From the human T2T-CHM13v2.0 reference genome, Homo sapiens: a stretch of DNA of 64,000 nt. Where the stretch lies: the NCBI RefSeq assembly GCF_009914755.1, contig NC_060928.1; one strand, given 5' to 3'. The translations under genes were made by a program, and so were the position numbers. Positions 24,144 to 38,385 of the stretch are shown in pieces; positions within the stretch are counted from its first letter, which is position 1, and every line of letters starts with the position of its first letter. Under the pieces are notes generated by a model. It had not been told where the DNA came from, searched no databases, and saw only the letters and a list, made by a program, of their open reading frames with translations.

Positions 24144-27100
24144 TCTCAGTGGAAGTACCGACCCACACGTAGGGGTGCACACACACACGCACACACACAG
24201 ACACACACATAACTACACCCAGAAGCGCGCACGCAAACACACACACACCCACACAAACACGAACACCGTCAATCCTACATAAACTAATGAGGAGCCCAAG
24301 TTTCTGTCTCTACAACAGGGACAACTGGATAGTGATGGCTACATCTCAGGATGAGCCCGCATATGGGAAACATCAAGTTTTGGGGTCGTGAGTCTTCCGA
24401 ACCTCTGGAGGGACTGTCTGAGTGTTTGTGTTCATGATAGGTGACATTCAGTGTGTATTTCTGAATATGACCTACCGACGTGTAGGTTTGCGTGTGAGGT
24501 AATTGCAGGGGACTCGGTTTCGTATTTTCTCTTGGGGTGTGTTTCATTCGTCAGTTGTTGGTCGGCATGAGAAGGTGAAAGGTGGCTCATGTGGGACATC
24601 CGTGGATCATTCTCGCCACCTTGAATAGTGGAAACTGGAATGCATTTGGAAGAGAAGAACGGTGCTCTTCTTTCTTCCCCGGGCTCGCCGTTTTTACACT
24701 GGTTCCTGAATGGACCTCAGGCGCCCTGGGACTTGTGCTCTTGCTGGAACCCACATAACGCCGGAAGCGGACAGACCGACTTGCCTGTTTCACGGTGCCC
24801 GCTTCCCATGAGTCGAAACGGAAAATTTTCCCACGGGCATGTAAGTCATCTGGAAGTAAGCTGTATTGATAATAAAGGAAAGCAAACACAGGAGTGTGTG
24901 TATTCAACTGAAATAAATTCAGAAAGCCCTGAAATCAATCTCACTGGGTGTGTTTAAAAATGGCATTTGGGGAATTTCTGGGTCATTTGTCCAGCTGCGA
25001 AAGCTGCATCTCTGAAGCACAGTCCCTGTCCCGCAGTGAGACTTATTTATCCGACGTGGTGTTTCCGTGGAAATGATTGTGGGAAATGGCCCCTTCCTTT
25101 TCTCTATTTGCTGATTAGACTTCATGGTCCCTTTCTCGTCAGGTACAGTGATCAAAGTTGACCAACCCCAGAGGAAAGCTGCCCAGGGCACAACTCAGGG
25201 CTCCGTAGAACCACAGAATCTTGGGCGCAACCCTGCTCAAGCACCCAAATGTGCATACGAACAGGGTCTCCGTGTGACGTGTGTGAAAACTACAGTGTGA
25301 TGAGCATGACTGGCAGACAGCTTATCGATTGGGCTCCCCTCAAAATCGGTTATGAGCATTCAAGCACACCGATGCCCAGGTCCCGGCTGCAGGAATAAGA
25401 CCCTCCAGGGTCTTGTGTGAAGCCTCGGCATCTGCATTGCTCATGCTTCTGGGGATCATTCTCCTGAAAATGGTGGCTCCTTTCTCCCTGTGGAGCATCT
25501 TTCTAAGCAGTGCTCTTTTCTTCCCCCAGGACACTTTACATCCGGCACAGGAAGCCTTCTGATGGAGCACACCTGGCCCATGAAAAGACAAGGGAAAGAA
25601 ACGGGGCCAAAGGTCACAGTCCTCTCATCCCATCATCCTCCTTAAAATCATCCTAATTTCATGGGCCCTGAAGCCAGGGCTGTTTCTTTACACCTAGAGG
25701 CCTTGGCGCCGGGCCTCAATTCCGCCCTGTTCCTTACCGTCTAAGACATGTTGGGAAAATCCCTAGAGCCAGGATCTTCATTCCCGCTAAGCCAGACAGC
25801 CGGAAGACACACCCAAATTCTGTCCCTCTTACTTCAGGGAACATGTCCACTTTCGGCAGCATTACAATTTTGGCACCAAATGTGCTAACTGCAATTCCAC
25901 CATACAATGCGTAACTGGAAATGGAGGCAACATCTCCGATCCTGAACGATCGATGCGAGAATCCAGGATATGCACGGCTTATTTTGGCCTTTTCCCACTG
26001 AATCAAGGGCCAGTATTAAAAATGGCACGCTATCCTCTGTTTCACTCCCTGCTTTTAAACGTCTCCGATGTTTCTCCCTGAGACAGGGCCTCACTTCCGT
26101 CAGCCGGGCTTTTCTACGGTATAATTTTCCTTGTTTGCTTTTGTCCAAATTAGAACTTTTTATTTCATCTCTAGGAAACGTTGATCCATTATCACATACG
26201 TATGGAAATATTATCACACATGCTGTGAGATACGTTGTTTTTATTTTCATCAATTCCTTAATAAACAAAAGGTTATAGCTGGGATACCTTCTGAGTTCTC
26301 AAGTTTTTTGTTTCGTGTTTTCTTAAACTGCCGTCGCACGTCCGAAACCGCTCACTATGCAGTGTCATGACCGTCTCTCTTTTCTGGCAAACATAAATTT
26401 GGGGATTGTCATCAATTAGTCTCTCGGGGATTGCATGATTTCCCCAAAGGCTTTCACAGTCTACTTTGTGCACTGAGTATCTCTTCAAACTTCAGTGCAT
26501 GTTTCTACCATTTGATGCTTTATTATTTGGCAATCTAGCTTCCACAAGAGCATTTCATGCAAACACTTGTCTTGTTCTCCACTGGCAGGTAATTTCACTC
26601 GGACAGAGAATCAATAGGCTCAACGTGGAAAGGTTATCGCTGGAAGGTCTGTTTGATTCCACGGATCTCTCCTTTCTCACTAGGGAAGAAAATACGCTGT
26701 GCTAAATACTATACTTCATTGACTATTCTCAGGTCAGAAAGCGCACTTTCGACTTCTTGTCCTTCCGTCGCTGAGAGGATGATGGCAGCTGCCAAAAGTA
26801 CATACTTGGAGGTTCATCCCAGCACAAACACACACACACACACGCCCCCCCACACACACACACAAACACACTCACACACACACACGCACACGGTTTCCTA
26901 GGTAAAGATTTCTTCCCTGCCATTGCTTTACCTAAAATAAGGCAACTGTGAGGCCACTGTCCCAACCCGGTTACACTCCTATTATATGTGCCTATCATCC
27001 TGAGGAGTAATTTGATTCAGGTGTTCTGGAAGTCATGCTGTGGGCTGTGTCTGTTGAATTCCCAGCGATGCCAGGGGACACACCCTGTGACTCCTTCCTG

Positions 27101-27296
27101 AATTGAGTGCTGATATTTGATTGGCTTATCGCGCACCTGATGAGTGGGTGGGGTGTTCGCGGTTGGTGGGGGTGACTTACAGAAGGGCTGATGCGGCCAG
27201 AGAGCTCGTCATTTGAAGACTCTCTCGGAAGGGATAGCGTCTTTCTGCAACCTGCGGTCCCAGCAGACAAACCTTGTGATCCTCGTTCCAGTCGAC

Positions 27297-28889
27297 ATGG
27301 AGGACGACTCACTCTACTTGGGAGGTGAGTGGCAGTTCAACCACTTTTCAAAACTCACATCTTCTCGGCCCGATGCAGCTTTTGCTGAAATCCAGCGGAC
27401 TTCTCTCCCTGAGAAGTCACCACTCTCATGTGAGACCCGTGTCGACCTCTGTGATGATTTGGCTCCTGTGGCAAGACAGCTTGCTCCCAGGTAGAAGCTT
27501 CCTCTGAGTAGCAGGAGACCTGCTGCGGTGGGGGCTGGGCTCCAGAATATGGGAAATACCTGCTACGTGAACGCTTCCTTGCAGTGCCTGACATACACAC
27601 CGCCCCTTGCCAACTACATGCTGTCCCGGGAGCACTCTCAAACGTGTCATCGTCACAAGGGCTGCATGCTCTGTACTATGCAAGCTCACATCACACGGGC
27701 CCTCCACAATCCTGGCCACGTCATCCAGCCCTCACAGGCTTTGGCTGCTGGCTTCCATAGAGGCAAGCAGGAAGATGCCCATGAATTTCTCATGTTCACT
27801 GTGGATGCCATGAAAAAGGCATGCCTTCCCGGGCACAAGCAGGTAGATCATCACTCTAAGGACACCACCCTCATCCACCAAATATTTGGAGGCTACTGGA
27901 GATCTCAAATCAAGTGTCTCCACTGCCACGGCATTTCAGACACTTTTGACCCTTACCTGGACATCGCCCTGGATATCCAGGCAGCTCAGAGTGTCCAGCA
28001 AGCTTTGGAACAGTTGGTGAAGCCCGAAGAACTCAATGGAGAGAATGCCTATCATTGTGGTGTTTGTCTCCAGAGGGCGCCGGCCTCCAAGACGTTAACT
28101 TTACACACCTCTGCCAAGGTCCTCATCCTTGTATTGAAGAGATTCTCCGATGTCACAGGCAACAAGATTGCCAAGAATGTGCAATATCCTGAGTGCCTTG
28201 ACATGCAGCCATACATGTCTCAGCAGAACACAGGACCTCTCGTCTATGTCCTCTATGCTGTGCTGGTCCACGCTGGGTGGAGTTGTCACAACGGACATTA
28301 CTTCTCTTATGTCAAAGCTCAAGAAGGCCAGTGGTATAAAATGGATGATGCCGAGGTCACCGCCTCTAGCATCACTTCTGTCCTGAGTCAACAGGCCTAC
28401 GTCCTCTTTTACATCCAGAAGAGTGAATGGGAAAGACACAGTGAGAGTGTGTCAAGAGGCAGGGAACCAAGAGCCCTTGGCGCAGAAGACACAGACAGGC
28501 GAGCAACGCAAGGAGAGCTCAAGAGAGACCACCCCTGCCTCCAGGCCCCCGAGTTGGACGAGCACTTGGTGGAAAGAGCCACTCAGGAAAGCACCTTAGA
28601 CCACTGGAAATTCCTTCAAGAGCAAAACAAAACGAAGCCTGAGTTCAACGTCAGAAAAGTCGAAGGTACCCTGCCTCCCGACGTACTTGTGATTCATCAA
28701 TCAAAATACAAGTGTGGGATGAAGCACCATCATCCTGAACAGCAAAGCTCCCTGCTAAACCTCTCTTCGACGACCCCGACACATCAGGAGTCCATGAACA
28801 CTGACACACTCGCTTCCCTGCGAGGGAGGGCCAGGAGATCCAAAGGGAAGAACAAACACAGCAAGAGGGCTCTGCTTGTGTGCCAGTGA
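27297..28889 (+). pseudogene. USP17L: USP17-like copy 6 with premature stop E66*
   Basis: GAG>TAG at 27492-27494 (CCCAGGTAGAAG), before the Cys box. The rest of the frame is open and carries Q310, S364, N477H and G503D. Confidence 0.93.
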
Positions 28890-31800
28890 TCTCAGTGGAA
28901 GTACCGACCCACACGTAGGGGTGCACACACACACGCACACACACAGACACACACATAACTACACCCAGAAGCACGCACGCAAACACACACACACCCACAC
29001 AAACACGAACACCGTCAATCCTACATAAACTAATGAGGAGCCCAAGTTTCTGTCTCTACAACAGGGACAACTGGATAGTGATGGCTACATCTCAGGATGA
29101 GCCCGCATATGGGAAACATCAAGTTTTGGGGTCGTGAGTCTTCCGAACCTCTGGAGGGACTGTCTGAGTGTTTGTGTTCATGATAGGCGACATTCAGTGT
29201 GTATTTCTGAATATGACCTACCGACGTGTAGGTTTGCGTGTGAGGTAATTGCAGGGGACTCGGTTTCGTATTTTCTCTTGGGGTGTGTTTCATTCGTCAG
29301 TTGTTGGTCGGCATGAGAAGGTGAAAGGTGGCTCATGTGGGACATCCGTGGATCATTCTCGCCACCTTGAATAGTGGAAACTGGAATGCATTTGGAAGAG
29401 AAGAACGGTGCTCTTCTTTCTTCCCCGGGCTCGCCGTTTTTACACTGTTTCCTGAATGGACCTCAGGCGCCCTGGGACTTGTGCTCTTGCTGGAACCCAC
29501 ATAACGCCGGAAGCGGACAGACCGACTTGCCTGTTTCACGGTGCCCGCTTCCCATGAGTCGAAACGGAAAATTTTCCCACGGGCATGTAAGTCATCTGGA
29601 AGTAAGCTGTATTGATAATAAAGGAAAGCAAACACAGGAGTGTGTGTATTCAACTGAAATAAATTCAGAAAGCCCTGAAATCAATCTCACTGGGTGTGTT
29701 TAAAAATGGCATTTGGGGAATTTCTGGGTCATTTGTCCAGCTGCGAAAGCTGCATCTCTGAAGCACAGTCCCTTTCCCGCAGTGAGACTTATTTATCCGA
29801 CGTGGTGTTTCCGTGGAAATGATTGTGGGAAATGGCCCCTTCCTTTTCTCTATTTGCTGATTAGACTTCATGGTCCCTTTCTCGTCAGGTACAGTGATCA
29901 AAGTTGACCAACCCCAGAGGAAAGCTGCCCAGGGCACAACTCAGGGCTCCGTAGAACCACAGAATCTTGGGCGCAACCCTGCTCAAGCACCCAAATGTGC
30001 ATACGAACAGGGTCTCCGTGTGACGTGTGTGAAAACTACAGTGTGATGAGCATGACTGGCAGACAGCTTATCGATTGGGCTCCCCTCAAAATCGGTTATG
30101 AGCATTCAAGCACACCGATGCCCAGGTCCCGGCTGCAGGAATAAGACCCTCCAGGGTCTTGTGTGAAGCCTCGGCATCTGCATTGCTCATGCTTCTGGGG
30201 ATCATTCTCCTGAAAATGGTGGCTCCTTTCTCCCTGTGGAGCATCTTTCTAAGCAGTGCTCTTTTCTTCCCCCAGGACACTTTACATCCGGCACAGGAAG
30301 CCTTCTGATGGAGCACACCTGGCCCATGAAAAGACAAGGGAAAGAAACGGGGCCAAAGGTCACAGTCCTCTCATCCCATCATCCTCCTTAAAATCATCCT
30401 AATTTCATGGGCCCTGAAGCCAGGGCTGTTTCTTTACACCTAGAGGCCTTGGCGCCGGGCCTCAATTCCGCCCTGTTCCTTACCGTCTAAGACATGTTGG
30501 GAAAATCCCTAGAGCCAGGATCTTCATTCCCGCTAAGCCAGACAGCCGGAAGACACACCCAAATTCTGTCCCTCTTACTTCAGGGAACATGTCCACTTTC
30601 GGCAGCATTACAATTTTGGCACCAAATGTGCTAACTGCAATTCCACCATACAATGCGTAACTGGAAATGGAGGCAACATCTCCGATCCTGAACGATCGAT
30701 GCGAGAATCCAGGATATGCACGGCTTATTTTGGCCTTTTCCCACTGAATCAAGGGCCAGTATTAAAAATGGCACGCTATCCTCTGTTTCACTCCCTGCTT
30801 TTAAACGTCTCCGATGTTTCTCCCTGAGACAGGGCCTCACTTCCGTCAGCCGGGCTTTTCTACGGTATAATTTTCCTTGTTTGCTTTTGTCCAAATTAGA
30901 ACTTTTTATTTCATCTCTAGGAAACGTTGATCCATTATCACATACGTATGGAAATATTATCACACATGCTGTGAGATACGTTGTTTTTATTTTCATCAAT
31001 TCCTTAATAAACAAAAGGTTATAGCTGGGATACCTTCTGAGTTCTCAAGTTTTTTGTTTCGTGTTTTCTTAAACTGCCGTCGCACGTCCGAAACCGCTCA
31101 CTATGCAGTGTCATGACCGTCTCTCTTTTCTGGCAAACATAAATTTGGGGATTGTCATCAATTAGTCTCTCGGGGATTGCATGATTTCCCCAAAGGCTTT
31201 CACAGTCTACTTTGTGCACTGAGTATCTCTTCAAACTTCAGTGCATGTTTCTACCATTTCATGCTTTCTTATTTGGCAATCTAGCTTCCACAAGAGCATT
31301 TCATGCAAAGACTTGTCTTGTTCTCCACTGGCAGGTAATTTCACTCGGACAGAGAATCAATAGGCTCAACGTGGAAAGGTTATCGCTGGAAGGTCTGTTT
31401 GATTCCACGGATCTCTCCTTTCTCACTAGGGAAGAAAATACGCTGTGCTAAATACTATACTTCATTGACTATTCTCAGGTCAGAAAGCGCACTTTCGACT
31501 TCTTGTCCTTCCGTCGCTGAGAGGATGATGGCAGCTGCCAAAAGTACCTACTTGGAGGTTCATCCCAGCACAAACACACACACACACACGCCACCCCCCC
31601 ACACACACAAACACACTCACACAGACACACGCACACGGTTTCCTAGGTAAAGATTTCTTCCCTGCCATTGCTTTACCTAAAATAAGGCAACTGTGAGGCC
31701 ACTGTCCCAACCCGGTTACACTCCTATTATATGTGCCTATCATCCTGAGGAGTAATTTGATTCAGGTGTTCTGGAAGTCATGCTGTGGGCTGTGTCTGTT

Positions 31801-32041
31801 GAATTCCCAGCGATGCCAGGGGACACACCCTGTGACTCCTTCCTGAATTGAGTGCTGATATTTGATTGGCTTATCGCGCACCTGATGAGTGGGTGGGGTG
31901 TTCGCGGTTGGTGGGGGTGACTTACAGAAGGGCTGATGCGGCCAGAGAGCTCGTCATTTGAAGACTCTCTCGGAAGGGATAGCGTCTTTCTGCAACCTGC
32001 GGTCCCAGCAGACAAACCTTGTGATCCTCGTTCCAGTCGAC

Positions 32042-33634
32042 ATGGAGGACGACTCACTCTACTTGGGAGGTGAGTGGCAGTTCAACCACTTTTCAAAACT
32101 CACATCTTCTCGGCCCGATGCAGCTTTTGCTGAAATCCAGCGGACTTCTCTCCCTGAGAAGTCACCACTCTCATGTGAGACCCGTGTCGACCTCTGTGAT
32201 GATTTGGCTCCTGTGGCAAGACAGCTTGCTCCCAGGTAGAAGCTTCCTCTGAGTAGCAGGAGACCTGCTGCGGTGGGGGCTGGGCTCCAGAATATGGGAA
32301 ATACCTGCTACGTGAACGCTTCCTTGCAGTGCCTGACATACACACCGCCCCTTGCCAACTACATGCTGTCCCGGGAGCACTCTCAAACGTGTCATCGTCA
32401 CAAGGGCTGCATGCTCTGTACTATGCAAGCTCACATCACACGGGCCCTCCACAATCCTGGCCACGTCATCCAGCCCTCACAGGCTTTGGCTGCTGGCTTC
32501 CATAGAGGCAAGCAGGAAGATGCCCATGAATTTCTCATGTTCACTGTGGATGCCATGAAAAAGGCATGCCTTCCCGGGCACAAGCAGGTAGATCATCACT
32601 CTAAGGACACCACCCTCATCCACCAAATATTTGGAGGCTACTGGAGATCTCAAATCAAGTGTCTCCACTGCCACGGCATTTCAGACACTTTTGACCCTTA
32701 CCTGGACATCGCCCTGGATATCCAGGCAGCTCAGAGTGTCCAGCAAGCTTTGGAACAGTTGGTGAAGCCCGAAGAACTCAATGGAGAGAATGCCTATCAT
32801 TGTGGTGTTTGTCTCCAGAGGGCGCCGGCCTCCAAGACGTTAACTTTACACACCTCTGCCAAGGTCCTCATCCTTGTATTGAAGAGATTCTCCGATGTCA
32901 CAGGCAACAAGATTGCCAAGAATGTGCAATATCCTGAGTGCCTTGACATGCAGCCATACATGTCTCAGCAGAACACAGGACCTCTCGTCTATGTCCTCTA
33001 TGCTGTGCTGGTCCACGCTGGGTGGAGTTGTCACAACGGACATTACTTCTCTTATGTCAAAGCTCAAGAAGGCCAGTGGTATAAAATGGATGATGCCGAG
33101 GTCACCGCCTCTAGCATCACTTCTGTCCTGAGTCAACAGGCCTACGTCCTCTTTTACATCCAGAAGAGTGAATGGGAAAGACACAGTGAGAGTGTGTCAA
33201 GAGGCAGGGAACCAAGAGCCCTTGGCGCAGAAGACACAGACAGGCGAGCAACGCAAGGAGAGCTCAAGAGAGACCACCCCTGCCTCCAGGCCCCCGAGTT
33301 GGACGAGCACTTGGTGGAAAGAGCCACTCAGGAAAGCACCTTAGACCACTGGAAATTCCTTCAAGAGCAAAACAAAACGAAGCCTGAGTTCAACGTCAGA
33401 AAAGTCGAAGGTACCCTGCCTCCCGACGTACTTGTGATTCATCAATCAAAATACAAGTGTGGGATGAAGAACCATCATCCTGAACAGCAAAGCTCCCTGC
33501 TAAACCTCTCTTCGACGACCCCGACACATCAGGAGTCCATGAACACTGGCACACTCGCTTCCCTGCGAGGGAGGCCCAGGAGATCCAAAGGGAAGAACAA
33601 ACACAGCAAGAGGGCTCTGCTTGTGTGCCAGTGA
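32042..33634 (+). pseudogene. USP17L: USP17-like copy 7 with premature stop E66*
   Basis: Same GAG>TAG, at 32237-32239. The rest of the frame is open and carries Q310, S364 and A512P. Confidence 0.93.
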
Positions 33635-36600
33635 TCTCAGTGGAAGTACCGACCCACACGTAGGGGTGCACACACACACGCACACACACAGACACACACA
33701 TAACTACACCCAGAAGCGCGCACGCAAACACACACACACCCACACAAACACGAACACCGTCAATCCTACATAAACTAATGAGGAGCCCAAGTTTCTATCT
33801 CTACAACAGGGACAACTGGATAGTGATGGCTACATCTCAGGATGAGCCCGCATATGGGAAACATCAAGTTTTGGGGTCGTGAGTCTTCCGAACCTCTGGT
33901 GGGACTGTCTGAGTGTTTGTGTTCATGATAGGCGACATTCAGTGTGTATTTCTGAATATGACCTACCGACGTGTAGGTTTGCGTGTGAGGTAATTGCAGG
34001 GGACTCGGTTTCGTATTTTCTCTTGGGGTGTGTTTCATTCGTCAGTTGTTGGTCGGCATGAGAAGGTGAAATGTGGCTCATGTGGGACATCCGTGGATCA
34101 TTCTCGCCACCTTGAATAGTGGAAACTGGAATGCATTTGGAAGAGAAGAACGGTGCTCTTCTTTCTTCCCCGGGCTCGCCGTTTTTACACTGGTTCCTGA
34201 ATGGACCTCAGGCGCCCTGGGACTTGTGCTCTTGCTGGAACCCACATAACGCCGGAAGCGGACAGACCGACTTGCCTGTTTCACGGTGCCCGCTTCCCAT
34301 GAGTCGAAACGGAAAATTTTCCCACAGGCATGTAAGTCATCTGGAAGTAAGCTGTATTGATAATAAAGGAAAGCAAACACAGGAGTGTGTGTATTCAACT
34401 GAAATAAATTCAGAAAGCCCTGAAATCAATCTCACTGGGTGTGTTTAAAAATGGCATTTGGGGAATTTCTGGGTCATTTGTCCAGCTGCGAAAGCTGCAT
34501 CTCTGAAGCACAGTCCCTGTCCCGCAGTGAGACTTATTTATCCGACGTGGTGTTTCCGTGGAAATGATTGTGGGAAATGGCCCCTTCCTTTGCTCTATTT
34601 GCTGATTAGACTTCATGGTCCCTTTCTCGTCAGGTACAGTGATCAAAGTTGACCAACCCCAGAGGAAAGCTGCCCAGGGCACAACTCAGGGCTCCGTAGA
34701 ACCACAGAATCTTGGGCGCAACCCTGCTCAAGCACCCAAATGTGCATACGAACAGGGTCTCCGTGTGACGTGTGTGAAAACTACAGTGTGATGAGCATGA
34801 CTGGCAGACAGCTTATCGATTGGGCTCCCCTCAAAATCGGTTATGAGCATTCAAGCACACCGATGCCCAGGTCCCGGCTGCAGGAATAAGACCCTCCAGG
34901 GTCTTGTGTGAAGCCTCGGCATCTGCATTGCTCATGCTTCTGGGGATCATTCTCCTGAAAATGGTGGCTCCTTTCTCCCTGTGGAGCATCTTTCTAAGCA
35001 GCGCTCTTTTCTTCCCCCAGGACACTTTACATCCGGCACAGGAAGCCTTCTGATGGAGCACACCTGGCCCATGAAAAGACAAGGGAAAGAAACGGGGCCA
35101 AAGGTCACAGTCCTCTCATCCCATCATCCTCCTTAAAATCATCCTAATTTCATGGGCCCTGAAGCCAGGGCTGTTTCTTTACACCTAGAGGCCTTGGCGC
35201 CGGGCCTCAATTCCGCCCTGTTCCTTACCGTCTAAGACATGTTGGGAAAATCCCTAGAGCCAGGATCTTCATTCCCGCTAAGCCAGACAGCCGGAAGACA
35301 CACCCAAATTCTGTCCCTCTTACTTCAGGGAACATGTCCACTTTCGGCAGCATTACAATTTTGGCACCAAATGTGCTAACTGCAATTCCACCATACAATG
35401 CGTAACTGGAAATGGAGGCAACATCTCCGATCCTGAACGATCGATGCGAGAATCCAGGATATGCACGGCTTATTTTGGCCTTTTCCCACTGAAACAAGGG
35501 CCAGTATTAAAAATGGCACGCTATCCTCTGTTTCACTCCCTGCTTTTAAACGTCTCCGATGTTTCTCCCTGAGACAGGGCCTCACTTCCGTCAGCCGGGC
35601 TTTTCCACGGTATAATTTTCCTTGTTTGCTTTTGTCCAAATTAGAACTTTTTATTTCATCTCTAGGAAACGTTGATCTATTATCACATACGTATGGAAAT
35701 ATTATCACACATGCTGTGAGATACGTTGTTTTTATTTTCATCAATTGTTTAATAAACAAAAGGTTATAGCTGGGATACCTTCTGAGTTCTCAAGTTTTTT
35801 GTTTCGTGTTTTCTTAAACTGCCGTCGCACGTCCGAAACCGCTCACTATGCAGTGTCATGACCGTCTCTCTTTTCTGGCAAACATAAATTTGGGGATTGT
35901 CATCAATTAGTCTCTCGGGGATTGCATGATTTCCCCAAAGGCTTTCACAGTCTACTTTGTGCACTGAGTATCTCTTCAAACTTCAGTGCATGTTTCTACC
36001 ATTTCATGCTTTCTTATTTGGCAATCTAGCTTCCACAAGAGCATTTCATGCAAAGACTTGTCTTGTTCTCCACTGGCAGGTAATTTCACTCGGATAGAGA
36101 ATCAATAGGCTCAACGTGGAAAGGTTATCGCTGGAAGGTCTGTTTGATTCCACGGATCTCTCCTTTCTCATTAGGGAAGAAAATACGCTGTGCTAAATAC
36201 TATACTTCATTGACTATTCTCAGGTCAGAAAGCGCACTTTCGACTTCTTGTCTTTCCGTCGCTGAGAGGATGATGGCAGCTGCCAAAAGTACATACTTGG
36301 AAGTTCATCCCAGTACAAACACACACACACACGCACCCCCCCCACACACACACACACGAACACAATCACACACACACACACTCACACGGTTTCCTACGTA
36401 AAGATTTCTTCCCTGCCATTGCTTTACCTAAAATAAGGCAACTGTGTGGCCACTGTCCCAACCCGGTTACACTCCTATTATATGTGCCTATCATCCTGAG
36501 GAGTAATTTGATTGAGGTGTTCTGGAAGTCATGCTGTGGGCTGTGTCTGTTGAATTCCCAGCGATGCAAGGGGACACACCCTGTGACTCCTTCCTGAATT

Positions 36601-36792
36601 GAGTGCTGATATTTGATTGGCTTATCGCGCACCTGATGAGTGGGTGGGGTGTTCGCGGTTGGTGGGGGTGACTTACAGAAGGGCTGATGCGGCCAGAGAG
36701 CTCGTCATTTGAAGACTCTCTCGGAAGGGATAGCGTCTTTCTGCAACCTGCGGTCCCAGCAGAAAAACCTTGTGATCCTTGTTCCAGTCGAC

Positions 36793-38385
36793 ATGGAGGA
36801 CGACTCACTCTACTTGGGAGGTGAGTGGCAGTTCAACCACTTTTCAAAACTCACATCTTCTCGGCCAGATGCAGCTTTTGCTGAAATCCAGCGGACTTCT
36901 CTCCCTGAGAAGTCACCACTCTCATGTGAGACCCGTGTCGACCTCTGTGATGATTTGGCTCCTGTGGCAAGACAGCTTGCTCCCAGGGAGAAGCTTCCTC
37001 TGAGTAGCAGGAGACCTGCTGCGGTGGGGGCTGGGCTCCAGAATATGGGAAATACCTGCTACGTGAACGCTTCCTTGCAGTGCCTGACATACACACCGCC
37101 CCTTGCCAACTACATGCTGTCCCGGGAGCACTCTCAAACGTGTCATCGTCACAAGGGCTGCATGCTCTGTACGATGCAAGCTCACATCACACGGGCCCTC
37201 CACAATCCTGGCCACGTCATCCAGCCCTCACAGGCTTTGGCTGCTGGCTTCCATAGAGGCAAGCAGGAAGATGCCCATGAATTTCTCATGTTCACTGTGG
37301 ATGCCATGAAAAAGGCATGCCTTCCCGGGCACAAGCAGGTGGATCATCACTCTAAGGACACCACCCTCATCCACCAAATATTTGGAGGCTACTGGAGATC
37401 TCAAATCAAGTGTCTCCACTGCCACGGCATTTCAGACACTTTTGACCCTTACCTGGACATCGCCCTGGATATCCAGGCAGCTCAGAGTGTCCAGCAAGCT
37501 TTGGAACAGTTGGTGAAGCCCGAAGAACTCAATGGAGAGAATGCCTATCATTGTGGTGTTTGTCTCCAGAGGGCGCCGGCCTCCAAGACGTTAACTTTAC
37601 ACACCTCTGCCAAGGTCCTCATCCTTGTATTGAAGAGATTCTCCGATGTCACAGGCAACAAGATTGCCAAGAATGTGCAATATCCTGAGTGCCTTGACAT
37701 GCAGCCATACATGTCTCAGCCGAACACAGGACCTCTCGTCTATGTCCTCTATGCTGTGCTGGTCCACGCTGGGTGGAGTTGTCACAACGGACATTACTTC
37801 TCTTATGTCAAAGCTCAAGAAGGCCAGTGGTATAAAATGGATGATGCCGAGGTCACCGCCTCTAGCATCATTTCTGTCCTGAGTCAACAGGCCTACGTCC
37901 TCTTTTACATCCAGAAGAGTGAATGGGAAAGACACAGTGAGAGTGTGTCAAGAGGCAGGGAACCAAGAGCCCTTGGCGCAGAAGACACAGACAGGCGAGC
38001 AACGCAAGGAGAGCTCAAGAGAGACCACCCCTGCCTCCAGGCCCCCGAGTTGGACGAGCACTTGGTGGAAAGAGCCACTCAGGAAAGCACCTTAGACCAC
38101 TGGAAATTCCTTCAAGAGCAAAACAAAACGAAGCCTGAGTTCAACGTCAGAAAAGTCGAAGGTACCCTGCCTCCCGACGTACTTGTGATTCATCAATCAA
38201 AATACAAGTGTGGGATGAAGAACCATCATCCTGAACAGCAAAGCTCCCTGCTAAACCTCTCTTCGACGACCCCGACACATCAGGAGTCCATGAACACTGG
38301 CACACTCGCTTCCCTGCGAGGGAGGGCCAGGAGATCCAAAGGGAAGAACAAACACAGCAAGAGGGCTCTGCTTGTGTGCCAGTGA
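36793..38385 (+). CDS. USP17L: USP17-like deubiquitinase, 530 aa, copy 8 (T360I)
   Basis: Intact ORF and triad; [11 protein letters not shown]; H412/D421. Confidence 0.97.

Noticed and set aside
27528-28889. 453-aa ORF as a separate gene (also 32273-33634 and 61587-62135)
   Set aside because: These are the remainders of nonsense-interrupted USP17 copies. The 453-aa calls start at a GTG (V78).
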